A stretch of DNA of 63,522 nucleotides, filler included, from Hausera hauseri (taxonomy: Eukaryota), in NCBI GenBank assembly GCA_046269625.1. It is 11 parts of 11 records of this genome, joined end to end, with 100 filler letters (N's around TTAATTAATTAA, not from the genome) between each part and the next. Parts side by side here need not be neighbours in the genome. Positions count along the whole stretch, not along the records: positions 37,422 to 42,080 come from JBJURY010486687.1; positions 42,181 to 48,346 come from JBJURY010131650.1; positions 48,447 to 54,304 come from JBJURY010179084.1; 8 more parts are not named here. The stretch is one strand, 5' to 3'. Each line of letters opens with the position of its first letter. The first letter of the stretch is position 1. The notes below the pieces were generated by a model. It was not told the DNA's origin and ran no database searches. It saw only the letters and a list, made by a program, of their open reading frames with translations. This document shows, piece by piece, positions 37,422 through 49,004 of this stretch. The translations under genes were made by a program, and so were the position numbers.

Positions 37422-38190
37422 CCTATATCTTCCTCGTTTTGGGCGATAATCGATTTATATTTGCATAATAATTCGTAAAATTGACAATATGCTTCCGGTG
37501 AAAATTTTATCTCAACATGAGGTGGAAACTCGGCATATTTATAAGGTTTTTCTTCGATTGTTATTGCCCATACTTTATAAGTATGGCCCAGTGTAGTATT
37601 TGCATACAACGTTACAGGAGTTGGTGCGTTATTTACTATTCTGATTGGTACTCGACCTGTCACTACTCTAGTCAAAATGTTACTGAGTATGACATTTGGG
37701 TTAACGCTTTCTTCTGGTTCAAAATATACTGGTTGGTCGTTCTCTTCGCGGATTTGAGCATAAATTAACATTTCGGTTCCGGGCGGAATATTTTCATCGA
37801 CGAGAATCCATACTTCTGGTTTTCTTTCTTTCCTTGTTTTAATCCCTTTCACTGGTTCGAGTTCAAGTAGTTTTCCGGTATGTAAATTAATCGCGATGTT
37901 GGGTAATTGCTTGAATATATCTCAACCTAACACTACATCATCAGTTAATAGATCCATTATGGCAAACTCGTGTTGAAGAATTTGGCCCATTAGTTGCACT
38001 AAGGGACTCCATTTAAATTTTGGTTTGGATTCTTGCCCGAAGGCTCCTATGCTGCTCGGATCTGACGACGATACTGGCTGCAGTTGTTTTCGTAATGTCG
38101 GCGGTATTGATTCTAACTTAATAAACGATTTTCTGATCCTGTGTCGATTGAGGCATAGACATTCCAATCTTCAATGGTAACTTTTGTGGA
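37422..38190 (-). pseudogene. Retropepsin aspartic protease and gypsy-type PR-RT linker
   Basis: VTIEDWNVYASIDTGS..DVVLG*D. Then IPPGTE..VPIRIVN..VTLYANTTLG and ELLCKYKSIIAQNEEDI(G), the motif that precedes gypsy RT. The contig ends here. Confidence 0.85.
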
Positions 38191-38879
38191 GAGCCTTCCT
38201 TCCATAACTGTTCCATAACAACTCGACACGTCCTTTGGTCGCTTAATTGAAGAAATCTTATGTCCGTTTATCATTATTTCTGGTGATGAAATGATATTCT
38301 CAGTCAACTGTTTCAGTTCGTCGTTAGGGTATAAGTCATTAATCGCTAAGTTATTTGCATTGTTTCTAATTAATGGTTCTTGTACTATTGGATATTGGGG
38401 TGTTCTTATTCCTTGTGTTCCCCAAACTGTTGATCTTGATTCTATATTACGAGCTATTCTTGGTGAGTACAATATTTTATGGTCATCCTCCGCTCGTTGA
38501 TTAGTGATCTGCATTTTCTTCAATACTCCATATTGTTTTGTTCCTTCATAAGGGTCTTCATAGCTAAAGGGTTTCCGACTAATTCCGATTTGTATGATAC
38601 CATAGACGTTCTATCGCAGTCTTCATATATTGGAGCTGTTGGTCAAATGATGGGCAAGGGTTCCTTAATTACGGAATACATCTTGTATCTATTTTGTCTG
38701 AGGATTGCTTCTCCCTTAGGCTCATCATCATCGGAGTTGTCTCTTCGTGTTATTGATTTCTTAGCTTTGCGTTTCAATAGAAATGTAGGTCTTGCTCGTC
38801 GTTTATAATTATGGTAGCCGACATGACGTTCAACGTCATTTTTCCATCGATTTTCTTCGTATGCTTTAAGCATTTTGCC

Positions 38880-40670
38880 GAACGGTGTGATAATTGCGGT
38901 TAAAATCTTTCAAGAAAATCCTGTTAGCGTGAATATTTTGTATCAATTTATAACCGCTTGGATTACCGCTGTTACTAGTTATACCAAGAAATAGATTGCT
39001 AAAAATCCAAATTCGGCTTGTCCAAAGATTAAAAATCTCCCCCATATTTTATAGAGTATTTCTGTGGTTACTTATTGGTAATGGTTTGCACCAAGTAAGG
39101 ATTCCCATTTAGCCTGATATCGAGTATCGCCAACTACTAATGCCATAGCTCCATTTAATTCGTGTGTTCTTTGTCATGAAACAGCAAGGAATTGTCGAAA
39201 AGCTTTGATTTCTTTAGGCCTGTAAATACCTTTTTGAGGTGTATCCTGAAAATTGCCATCGGTAATTCCTTTTGCTAAATTAGTTCCAGTTAGTTTTTTA
39301 GGAATGATAGTGACACCTCCATTGGGTAAGCTAACCCAATCCGTTTCGCTACGTCTGAACATTGATTTATCCAAACTTGCCTTACAATCCTTTAGGATGG
39401 TGGGTTGTGTTGCGGTATCTAGCAATACCCTGGTGAGGGGCATGGCTAAGCGTGGAGTGTTTCGATAGATCACATCGTTTTTCTTCAACGTTAAGTGGTA
39501 CGTCTCTTTTCTCGCACTCATATGTTAGTATAACTTCGCCAGTGACTCGGCCAAAGATTCCTTCTCTCATGGGAATAATCGGTGAGGCTAACTCAGGGTT
39601 TGCATAAATGAGAGCTAATTTTGTCCTCATAATCTCCGTATCCAATTTGCAATCATTAGTTATCATTTTATGGTATAACTCGGCTATTCCGACGTCCTTT
39701 ATAATAGAAGTAATCGTCTCGGTTTTTCATGTAATCTTTGATTCGAATGTCTTGCGTTTCTAAATTGTATGTTTTCGCGTTTATCTCCGTTTCTGCGACG
39801 AAGAACGCTTCATAGTTAGTAGTGAACATTACTACTTCACAACGTAAAATCATCTCCTTTTTTATGAATTTCAACCAATGTTGATCATAGATTAATATCG
39901 TAGGTGTATGATGCTCTGATACGTCTTCATGTGCTCTCAAACTGATGTCGGATTTGTCTACGTATCTTTTCCGGTAGTTTCATTAAATTTCAGTTCCTTA
40001 ATCTTAATAAAATTACAGTCTTTTCCAGCGGGCGGTTCCCATACGACGACAGAACTTTTGAAAGCACAGGTTCCGTCCTGCATATGACATTTTTGGTTCT
40101 CGGTATGTAGCTTAGTGACGCTATGGAACATCACTTTTTGGACTCGCATTTCCGATTCGTAAAAGTCGACTACTACTAAGTTCGCTTTCAATCCTTTTCC
40201 GGTGTCGTATACTGCTCCATTACATTGCCAATTATGCATATCTAACCTTCCGACTACTATTTTATGTACTCTAGTTATTTTCCCGGGCTGCATTTCTAGT
40301 TCCATAATTTCCCAATTCAGTCTTCAAGTCTCTCGGGCCTGCATGCAGTGTTGTCTTTCCAGATTCATTGGAATTGGGGGGGTGGTTGGTTTGATTATCG
40401 AGGAATGTCCGTGCATTAGTCCAAAGTGAAAAATAATACGAGATCGTCTCAGCATACACTCCATGCTGTCAAAAGATATCAACTCTTATTGCTGATATAG
40501 GAAATAACTCTTCTCCTTTGTTTCCATTTTATGTGGTCTGGCATCTTTACATGTTTCTAAGTCAATTAGTGAGTATTTTTGTCCAAGTTTAAATCTATCG
40601 CAATCTTAGACGGTGAAGGAGCCCACCTGTATTATCAGCATCATTATGGTGAACAAACTAACTAACCAAT
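38880..40670 (-). pseudogene. Chuvirus-like (Monjiviricetes/class III) fusion glycoprotein
   Basis: *DC..GQKYSLIDLETC, C...DGTC....VVW, KLALIYANP..GIFGRVTGEVI..C, PLTRVL, GIY..EI, WGRFLIFG..AIYFLV..IN, GFS*KILTA. Confidence 0.85.
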
Positions 40671-42180
40671 TAGATTCATTCTTCCGCTTGTTATTATACG
40701 TTGTAGTCAAATTCCGTATGATGTCTCAGAGTCCATTATTACTACTGTTCTTTTTGTCTTCTTCCTTGTCAAACAATTTTGGCCAATTTACTTCACACGG
40801 AAACTTTTTAGCTGCTTTTCGTGCCAAGCTTGTAGCTCAATTTAGTTCTTTCTCTCGATTTGAATTTGCTTTGATCGCCAAGTACAATTATTCTTTTCTT
40901 AGCTCTTCTGTCGTATTCTCCACCATATTTTTCTCAACTACTGCGTCGTCAGTTAGGCTACATTTTGACAGATTGAAACGCGAACTTCTCATTGTCCTCC
41001 CTGCGTTAAATATTGCCTTTTCTTTCTCATCTAATGTATCTCCCCGAACACCTGAATAATTTGCGATACGTATTAAATTTTCCATTAACTCGATTAACTC
41101 CTAACTGTCTGTACTAAAGCTAGGAATCGACATTTGTCTCAGTTCTCTAATTAATTCTTTGTTATAGTCAATCTCTTCTCGGGCTTTCCTAGGTCTTCCG
41201 ACCGGGCGTTTTGGCCTTGGGACATTGTTTGTTATTCCACTCAGTGGCACTAGGTTCTTGTCGTATTGTTCTTTGTCTTCATCCGTCTGTAAATTCTCAA
41301 AGTACATTGCAGCATCTCGTACTCCCATAATTTGTCCTACGCATTGTTCTGTTTTAGCCTTCTGCGTGGCTTCTTCTTTTGTCTGTTCATTGGCTATTAT
41401 TACTACTATCCGGTTCGTTTCGCCGGGGATAATGCCAACGTCTATTAACTGTTCTAATTCGTCGAGTATTCTTCCCTAAATTAAATGTGTAATTTAGCTC
41501 ATTTGTTCCGCCGTTATTTAATAACCATTCTCTTACGTCTTTCATGTAGGAGTACGTGGTTACCTCACATTCCTTTTTGTCCATCCACTCAGATGATATC
41601 ATTATTTTCATCGTTACCTCAGGTTTATCCTCCAAGATTTTCGCATACTTCTTTATTAAAAGTTTTGGCACCGCGCTGTAAATTGTGTTTTTACTAGATA
41701 ATTTCACTAGATATTTTATGTTGTCTTAGCTTATTTTCAGAAATATTTATTTTAATTTGTTCAATCAACTTCTTTTCAATTAGCGCTGAGTCCAATTGCA
41801 TCTCCACGTTGAATTTCCTGTTCTGTGGATACCTTTCTATTTCATTTAGGTATACCAGAGCTATAGGGTTTTCGGCCGTTATTTCAACTAAGTAAGAATC
41901 CCATTCCGGTTCATTCCTGATATCTGGGAGTCCATAGTCTAATAGAGCTGTGTTTGTCCTTTGCACATTTTCTGTAATTTCTTTCAATTTTAGTTGTATT
42001 TCTTTTATCTGTGTAGTCCGGAAACCTATGCCGTTTCCACAGGCATACTGAATCATTTTCAGTAGTTCGCCTAATTCATTNNNNNNNNNNNNNNNNNNNN
42101 NNNNNNNNNNNNNNNNNNNNNNNNTTAATTAATTAANNNNNNNNNNNNNNNNNNNNNNNNNNNNNNNNNNNNNNNNNNNN

Positions 42181-42605
42181 ATTATTCGAAAACCAATCAA
42201 TCGATTTAAATTCTAACTGCACATTCACATACAACATCAAGTGCACTACCGATTGCATCCGGTCGCGAACCCTAATGATCGATTTTTAAAATCTCGATAA
42301 TCCAATATTATTGATTTTTGCACAATTGCATATGCGCTGCACACTTGCACTTGCACCAATCGATGCATCTCGATGTGCTCTATCGATTAGCACTTTGTCC
42401 CGATCGATTCTATTAATAGTGCACTGCGCAGCGATCGATAAGTGAAAAGTGCAAAAGTGCCCTTAGCAACGGTGCCTAGCGGCACCGTTGCAGGCACTTT
42501 TTGGATCGATAGTGATCCGTGTGTGCTATCGATCGGCACAAGTGCAAAGTCGATTTATCGATTACCCCCTCCGGGGTGGGACCGAACCGCCATTTCTACA
42601 CTACT
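42181..42605. repeat. Palindrome-rich repeat end (probable Polinton-type terminus) abutting the gypsy tail
   Basis: Perfect 11-bp hairpin at 42466-42491. Ends ctacactact (AGTAGTGTAG on the minus strand). Confidence 0.75.
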
Positions 42606-45600
42606 GACTGAGAAAAGGTGTTGTGGTGGGTGAAGGAAGAGAGACGAAAGTTGGCATGGAAATTGGAAATGTATTAGGCGAAAGAGTAGAAGTAGAAGAT
42701 GAAGCAGAGGTAGTGGCAGAGGTAGAAACACAGATAGGAATAGAAATAAAAGGCGTGGAAGATGATGAAGCCGAACTAAGAGCAGAAGGAGGAGAAGGAA
42801 CAGGTGTAGCGATAGAAAGAGGAATAGTAGGACGTGTAGGAATAAGCAAAGGGGTTGACATGTCGATTGGTGAAGTGTCGTCGACGAAGAAGACGGGCTT
42901 TAAGTTGGTAATATGTATTGTAAGTTCTTTACCGCCTTTGAAAATAATGGCGTTGTGCGAATGCAGCTATACCAATTTATTGGGCCCCAGATACCGCGGC
43001 TGAAAACCGCACGACGTTTGATTCTTTAGCCATACGAATTTTGCCGAATTCAAATCTTCGGGTAAAAATGTTTTGTTTTTATGGAGTAATCTGCATAAAA
43101 AAATCTTTGCTGACCGTAACAAAGTGATTTTGCGCTGCCCGTATCGTTTCATCTGTGGGAGTGTCATCTAGGGCAGTTAGTTGGAATAATAATCGTACAG
43201 GGCCTCCGAATAAGTCTTCAGTAGGTGAGCATCCTGTAGAAGTAGACGTAGTGTTCCGCCAATCGAGCGGAACAAACGGAAGAAGATTCCTCCAATTAAT
43301 GTTGGACTCTGCAAGGATTCTTAGTGGTGTTTTCAATGTTCGGTGGATGCGTTCTAGGAGGCCATTCTATTGGGGATGGTAAGGCGTAGTATGTACATGA
43401 TGGATCTTCAATCGGTTAACAAGGGATTTGAACAGGTTGGATTCAAACTGTTGATCCTGGTCCGTGATGATGAAACGAGTTGATCCAAACATGCTAATCC
43501 ATGTACGAATGAAAACGTCAGGTATAGTGTCGGTATTTGTGCTCCGCAGAGGGATGGCTTATGGCTATCGCGAGGAACGATCCACCATGTTGAGAAGGAA
43601 TTGATGCCAGTTGTCTGTAGGAAGAGAGCCGACGATGTCAATATGCACGGATTTGAAACGTGATGTGCAGGAAAAGTGGAATAATGGTGGCTTTAAATGC
43701 TTAGTTGTTTTGTATTTTTGGCAAGCCACGCACTCCTTAACCCATGCCTGCACATCAGAACGCATTGACGGCCAAATTACTTATCGATGAAGTAAACGAA
43801 AGGTGGCTTTAGCCCCAGGATGGTGCAGCGAATGTACACTATTGAATGATTGCTTTTGCAATGATGGTGTAAGAATTATTACGGATTGACCTGGTTTAGG
43901 AGTGTCTAAACCACGCCGTCAACTATTGTGCAAGACTTGAAAGAATTAGATATGTCCTGAGGTGGCTGGTTTTGTTGAAGTTGAGCTTGAGTAAAAATCG
44001 GTGAAAAATTAACCGAACTAACCGACCTGGATAAAAAATCGGCAACCAGATTATTAACCCCATTAATATGCTTTATGTCGAAGTTAAATATCGATAAGTA
44101 CGATATCTGTCGTTTTTGGTGTTTGAAGGATGTTTCATAGCCATGATGTTAAGTAAGGGCTTGTGATCGGTTTGTATAGTAAAATGGCGAACGACAAGTA
44201 CGTGGGAGAAATGCTTTAAAGCAAGAACGATGGCCAGCAATTCTCGATCTAACGTTGAGTATCTAGATTTATGGTAAGTTAGCTTACGAGTGAAAAATTC
44301 TAGCGGTTGATTTTCTCCTTTGTAGATCTGGTGGAGTACAGCACCTACTGCAGTGTTTGAAGTAGCTGTGGTAAGGATGAGTTTTGCAACAGGCTTGGGG
44401 AAAGCGAGAATGTCGACGGTTTTAATTCCTTCGAGTAGCTTATCAAACTTGTCAACCAACTCAGGTGTCCACTGAATTGGCTGAAGTTTTTTTCCACCGC
44501 TTAAGTGTGCAAAGGGTGCTATCAATTCATAGCAATATGGTATTTATGAACAAAGTGTAGTGTTCCAAGGAAGCTGCACATTTCGGTAGTCGTACGTGGT
44601 AACTAGATAGTTTTAAGGGCTTTAACTCGGTCTGGTTGAGGAGAGTGGCCGTCTGGTGAAATAACGTGGCCCAAAAAGTTGATGTGCTTTTTGAAGAAAT
44701 GGCATTTGTCAAAACTGACTTGGAAATTATGGTGCTTAAGGCGTCGGAATATATTGCGCGAAGGTGTTCCTCGTGTTGTTTGGCCGAAGACGAAACTATC
44801 AGAATATCATCAATGTAAGGGTGGCAAAAGGGAAATCTGAGAGAATCGATTCAATATGTCGCTGAAAGGTCTGTACAGCATTTCGCAAGCCCAAAGGCCT
44901 AAACAGGTACTTGTAAAGGCCAAAAGGAGTAGTGGCAGCAGTTTTTTCTATGTCTTTGGGTGCCATCGGTATTTGGCGGTATGCTTTTGCCAAATCGATG
45001 GTTGAATAAATGGTTGTTGAATTAAGGCTATGCAAGATATAAATGATGAGTGGCAAGGGGTACGCACCCATGATAGTCAAGTTGTTCAACTGTCGGTAGT
45101 CACCGCATGGTCTAAAAGTGCGGTCCTTTTTTTTGCAAAATGTAAAGGTTACGACCAAGGAGATTTGGAATGGCGTACAATGCCGGAGTGTTCTACTTCA
45201 AGATATTCGGTTTCTACGGCCTGTATACGACGAGGTGCCAGTAGTCGTACCTTTTGGCCTATTGGTCGTTGATGTTGTCTAATTATGTGATGTACAGTGT
45301 TGTTTGTAGGGGTAAACGAACGATTTTTTAAGTATGCGTGGACACGATGTGGTAATGAATTGCTGTAAAGTTGTAGGCAACTGTGATAGATTCGGTGGTG
45401 ATGGGGAAACAGCTTGAGTAGTAGCGGATGCGATTTGTGAACTGTTTTGTGATGTGCAGTCAAGTGGTATTTGATGTAAGATGGTCGAATTGAAAATGGT
45501 GTTTGATGAAGTGATTACGTAGAGTGAATGAACACTGGTGACAGTACCACAATTAGCGACGTTGAACCGCGACTGAATGTCAATATTATTATATAAAAAT

Positions 45601-47650
45601 TTACGGAGTGAAATACTACGAAAATTCAAAGTAGTTTATGGTTTTCTCAAAATTGATCGCCGCGTCTCGATCGACTGCACGGTAGCCGAAATGCTATTGA
45701 AATGCTCAGTAATGCTGCCAGTGATGCCGTTCCTCAGATATCGTTCACTGCAGTCAACCAATAAATTATAATGTGATAGAAAATGGGACCCTAGAATTGC
45801 CGTCTGGACGTCAGTAACTGTGAACGTCCAGTGGGAAGGTGAAGGAAATTTTGGTAAGATGAAAGATAATTTAGCCATGCCAGAAATGTGCAGCGGTTGA
45901 CCTGAATCGGTGTATAAGGACTTAACTCTGAATGATGAATTTTGTACAGGAAAAGATTGTGGAAATAAGGAAATCGCTGCACCTGTATCAATGAGGAAAT
46001 CAACAGATTGCATTGTAGGAACGGTGATTGCAGCCTTTAGAGTAAAGACACCAAAAGAAGCGTGTCGGTATTCAGAAAGTGAAGTAGTGCCTTTGCCAGA
46101 GTTTGCCGTGACGTCTGGCGGCAAATTTAGTTTTTTTTAAAAGGTGAACTAGGACGACTATTAGAAGAGAAGGTAGTACATCCGTTGTTCGTATCTGGTT
46201 TGAAAGTGCAGGCTGGAATGCACATATGGGCTTGATTTTTAAACTTTGCGTGGTAAGTGCAAACAACGGTATCTGAAGAAAAACTTTTGTTGAAAAATTT
46301 GCACCCTAGGCAGCATTTCTTGGCATTCCTATTGAATCAGCTGTGATAATAGAAGGTTAATGACCGCACAGGCAATGGTGACCGGTTTCTAGATGCAGAA
46401 TGGGCGCGGTCGGTAACAAAATCCCATCGCCGGGACAGGGAAAGCTCGTTCAATTTGTTGTTTATATTGTTAATGGTTGCGTGTATTGCGGTATTTTCAA
46501 CACGTAGCTGATTGAGTTGATGTTCTATTGATATGTTATTGGATTGAATATCGTTGGGAGCAACTGCCGCCGAAACGACTGGTGGGGAATTTAAGTGTAG
46601 AACATCGTGTGTCTTGTCGGCTAATTCGGCCAGTTTATCAAGATCCGTGGAGTCCTCCACCACGGTAAGTAGGGCCCGAATTTGGATGGGTAACGCGTTA
46701 AGAAAGTAATGACGCACTAGTTCGGGGTTGTGTTCTTTAGTGACGCCGAGAGTGTGCAGATGTGCCAAAGACGAGTGTAAAAATTCTGACAGTCGTTGTG
46801 TGCCTATAGCATTGTCATGGAAGAAGCGATGTATGATGGTGACCATTGAGGTTCTGCGATTTTAAGAACAGCGTTGAAGAGCTGTGAGTATGGGTCAGGA
46901 AGTTCAAAAATTTCAAGGATGTTGTGAATTTGTATTTTAATGTTGTTAGGGAGTAAGAAGAGGTGATTATGTGTCTTGGTTAAGGGGTCGGTAATATTGT
47001 TTGCCTGTAGCCACAGTTGATTGAATTGCAACCAAATTTTGCTGGGGTCTTAGTTGTCAATGAAGAATTCGGTGCAATTAGGGAAAGGAGCGGGAGAGAT
47101 AGTATGTAAAGTATTACTGGTGGAAGCAGGAGTGGTTTTTTGAAGTAGTATAGCAGATTTTGGTTTCGTGATGGTTTGATCCGTGGTATTTGTGGTGAGT
47201 GATGAATTCATGCAACCACGGATGCGGAAGTGTATCTGGAGGTGAAAATAAGATGAGGAAGGTTGTAGAGTCCCAACGAGAGGTACCGTGGAGCCGTGGT
47301 GTGTGAGGCAAAAGTCAGATGATCGAAAAAAAGTGGAGATGATATTGTAGATAGTAGCAGTGTTTAAGTGTGATAATGCATTTGTGCAAATATGTTTATT
47401 AGTTAAAAAAGAAAAGGAAATACAGAGAGGTCGTATAGCCGGGGGCGTGTTGTGGGGCGTCAGCAAACGGTGCCGCCTGACTCAATGGTATAAGGTGGGC
47501 GACCATGTTTTCAGCCTCGTTGTGGTGGATCGCAAACTTCGGGGTAGCCGAGTTTCCCACGCAAATAGTAGAGTCAGGACAATTATAAGGTGGTTGTATA
47601 TGGTAGGTTTCCAAGTGACGTCGAAGAATTTTTTTTATTCGGGTTTTCAT
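42606..47650 (-). mobile_element. Near full-length decayed Ty3/gypsy element (gag-PR-RT-RH-IN-tail)
   Basis: gag (DLDKLAELADK), FLIDTGAAIS..ILG, RPCGDYRQLN, IDLAKAY, TPFGL, YIDD, DRELLAI, TDHKPL, VHIDIVG. Many frameshifts. Confidence 0.93.
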
Positions 47651-48446
47651 TTTTTTAACATCTCTGAAGCGGTCTTGAGTGCAGTGGTCGCATATTTAAC
47701 ACACTTCGACAGGCATCAACAATGTTGTCACATACGGTGCTTGATGCTTTGATTTTTGATGCCTTTGGGTTTCCAGCTATGTTAACGTCATACTGCGACA
47801 CAAAGCTACTCTTCTGGACCTGGTCTAAATCTGTAATAATGGGATTGTTGTAAGATATGTAATTATTTCCATTATTTAATAAGGTAATTGGTGAAACCCG
47901 AGAACGAAGATTATTATCCAGGATATTAAATTGACTGTAGAATGCTAGACACACTGCCTGCCTTGATAAAGCACTATCTGGTGAAACGTAGTTAAGGGCA
48001 GCGATTTCTTCGCCTGCTGAATTAGTACACTGATTAATTTCATTATTTTCAGGTATAATTAAAACACTTTTACAAAATTTGAAAAAAACATAAATATGGA
48101 AGTAGAAATATTGAAAGAATTTTTAATTTAAAACTGTGTCTAAACACCAATATTACCTTGTCCAAATCGCCAACATCCGATTAACACGAAATAGCTGGGA
48201 GTAGTTGTATTACCAAGGGTATAGGCCGGACCCTCAAATTTTAAAAAAATTTGAAAAACCCTTTGGCCTATTTGTCCGGGCGCGGCTGGACATCCGTTAC
48301 CGTCGTGTCGGGCCCATAGTCGTGCCCAATCTTCCGCCCCTCAATTNNNNNNNNNNNNNNNNNNNNNNNNNNNNNNNNNNNNNNNNNNNNTTAATTAATT
48401 AANNNNNNNNNNNNNNNNNNNNNNNNNNNNNNNNNNNNNNNNNNNN

Positions 48447-49004
48447 AAATTTTAGCCTCTTCCCTCATCTCTTCTACCGTCATTTTTGGTTTGAAAACAA
48501 ACCGCTCTCTTAGCACTTTTGAGTTGATTCGTTTTCTCAGAACTACTTGAACAAATTCTTCTTTGTTCAACTCAAAAATGTTGTCAGTTGCTTGGCGCAC
48601 TCTGATTTCAAATGTCAAAAACTTTTCTCCTTCTTTGTAACACATGTTGGTCAATTCGACTGCCTCATCGAGATGTTTAATCTTCCTCATAAACGTCGTT
48701 TTAAACCATCTTATGGCCTCTTCATCTGAGGGTTAGTTCCCTGTTTTTGTTTAAAATCAGTCCACAGAATTCTGGACTGCTTCCACAGAATTCGGGCTCG
48801 TTCCGTTAACAAGAATTCACATAGCTCCACAAACGGCTGTCGAAATTTTTTTTAGCATGAATCATATCTTTCAGCCATTGTTTTGCTTCATCCGTAAATG
48901 AACCATCAAATTGCCGAAGTGATGCATCATAGTATTTCCGGAAGTGTTCGTTATAATCTGGAGGACTCCTATTACCTGGCTAAATGGTCCTGGCGTGGTC
49001 GCCA
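48447..49004 (-). mobile_element. 5' end of a Ty3/gypsy element: tRNA-Arg-like PBS (48987-49004) and decayed gag
   Basis: ..TTAAC-TGGCGACCACGCCAGGAC (18 nt, complementary to a tRNA-Arg-like 3' end). Downstream QFDGSFTDEAKQWL and a helical gag segment. Confidence 0.7.

Larger units (their letters stand above)
37422..42080 (-). mobile_element. Decayed Ty3/gypsy-like retroelement with the envelope glycoprotein upstream of the protease
   Basis: Hand translation across stops and frameshifts: Ubl-like (41611-41395), KRPVGRPRK (~41210), signal peptide (~40670-40615), glycoprotein, TM (~39030-38880), PTAP, LYPNDEL, retropepsin, pre-RT linker. Confidence 0.85.

Noticed and set aside
38880-41103. Possible alternative genetic code, since TGA falls at an expected Trp in GFS*KIL
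   Set aside because: TAA, TAG and TGA all interrupt the frame, along with frameshifts, while the copia and MULE ORFs read normally. This is mutational decay.
35470-42080. A single hybrid Polinton plus enveloped-retroelement virus
   Set aside because: The two parts are on different contigs separated by the artificial linker at 37322-37421.
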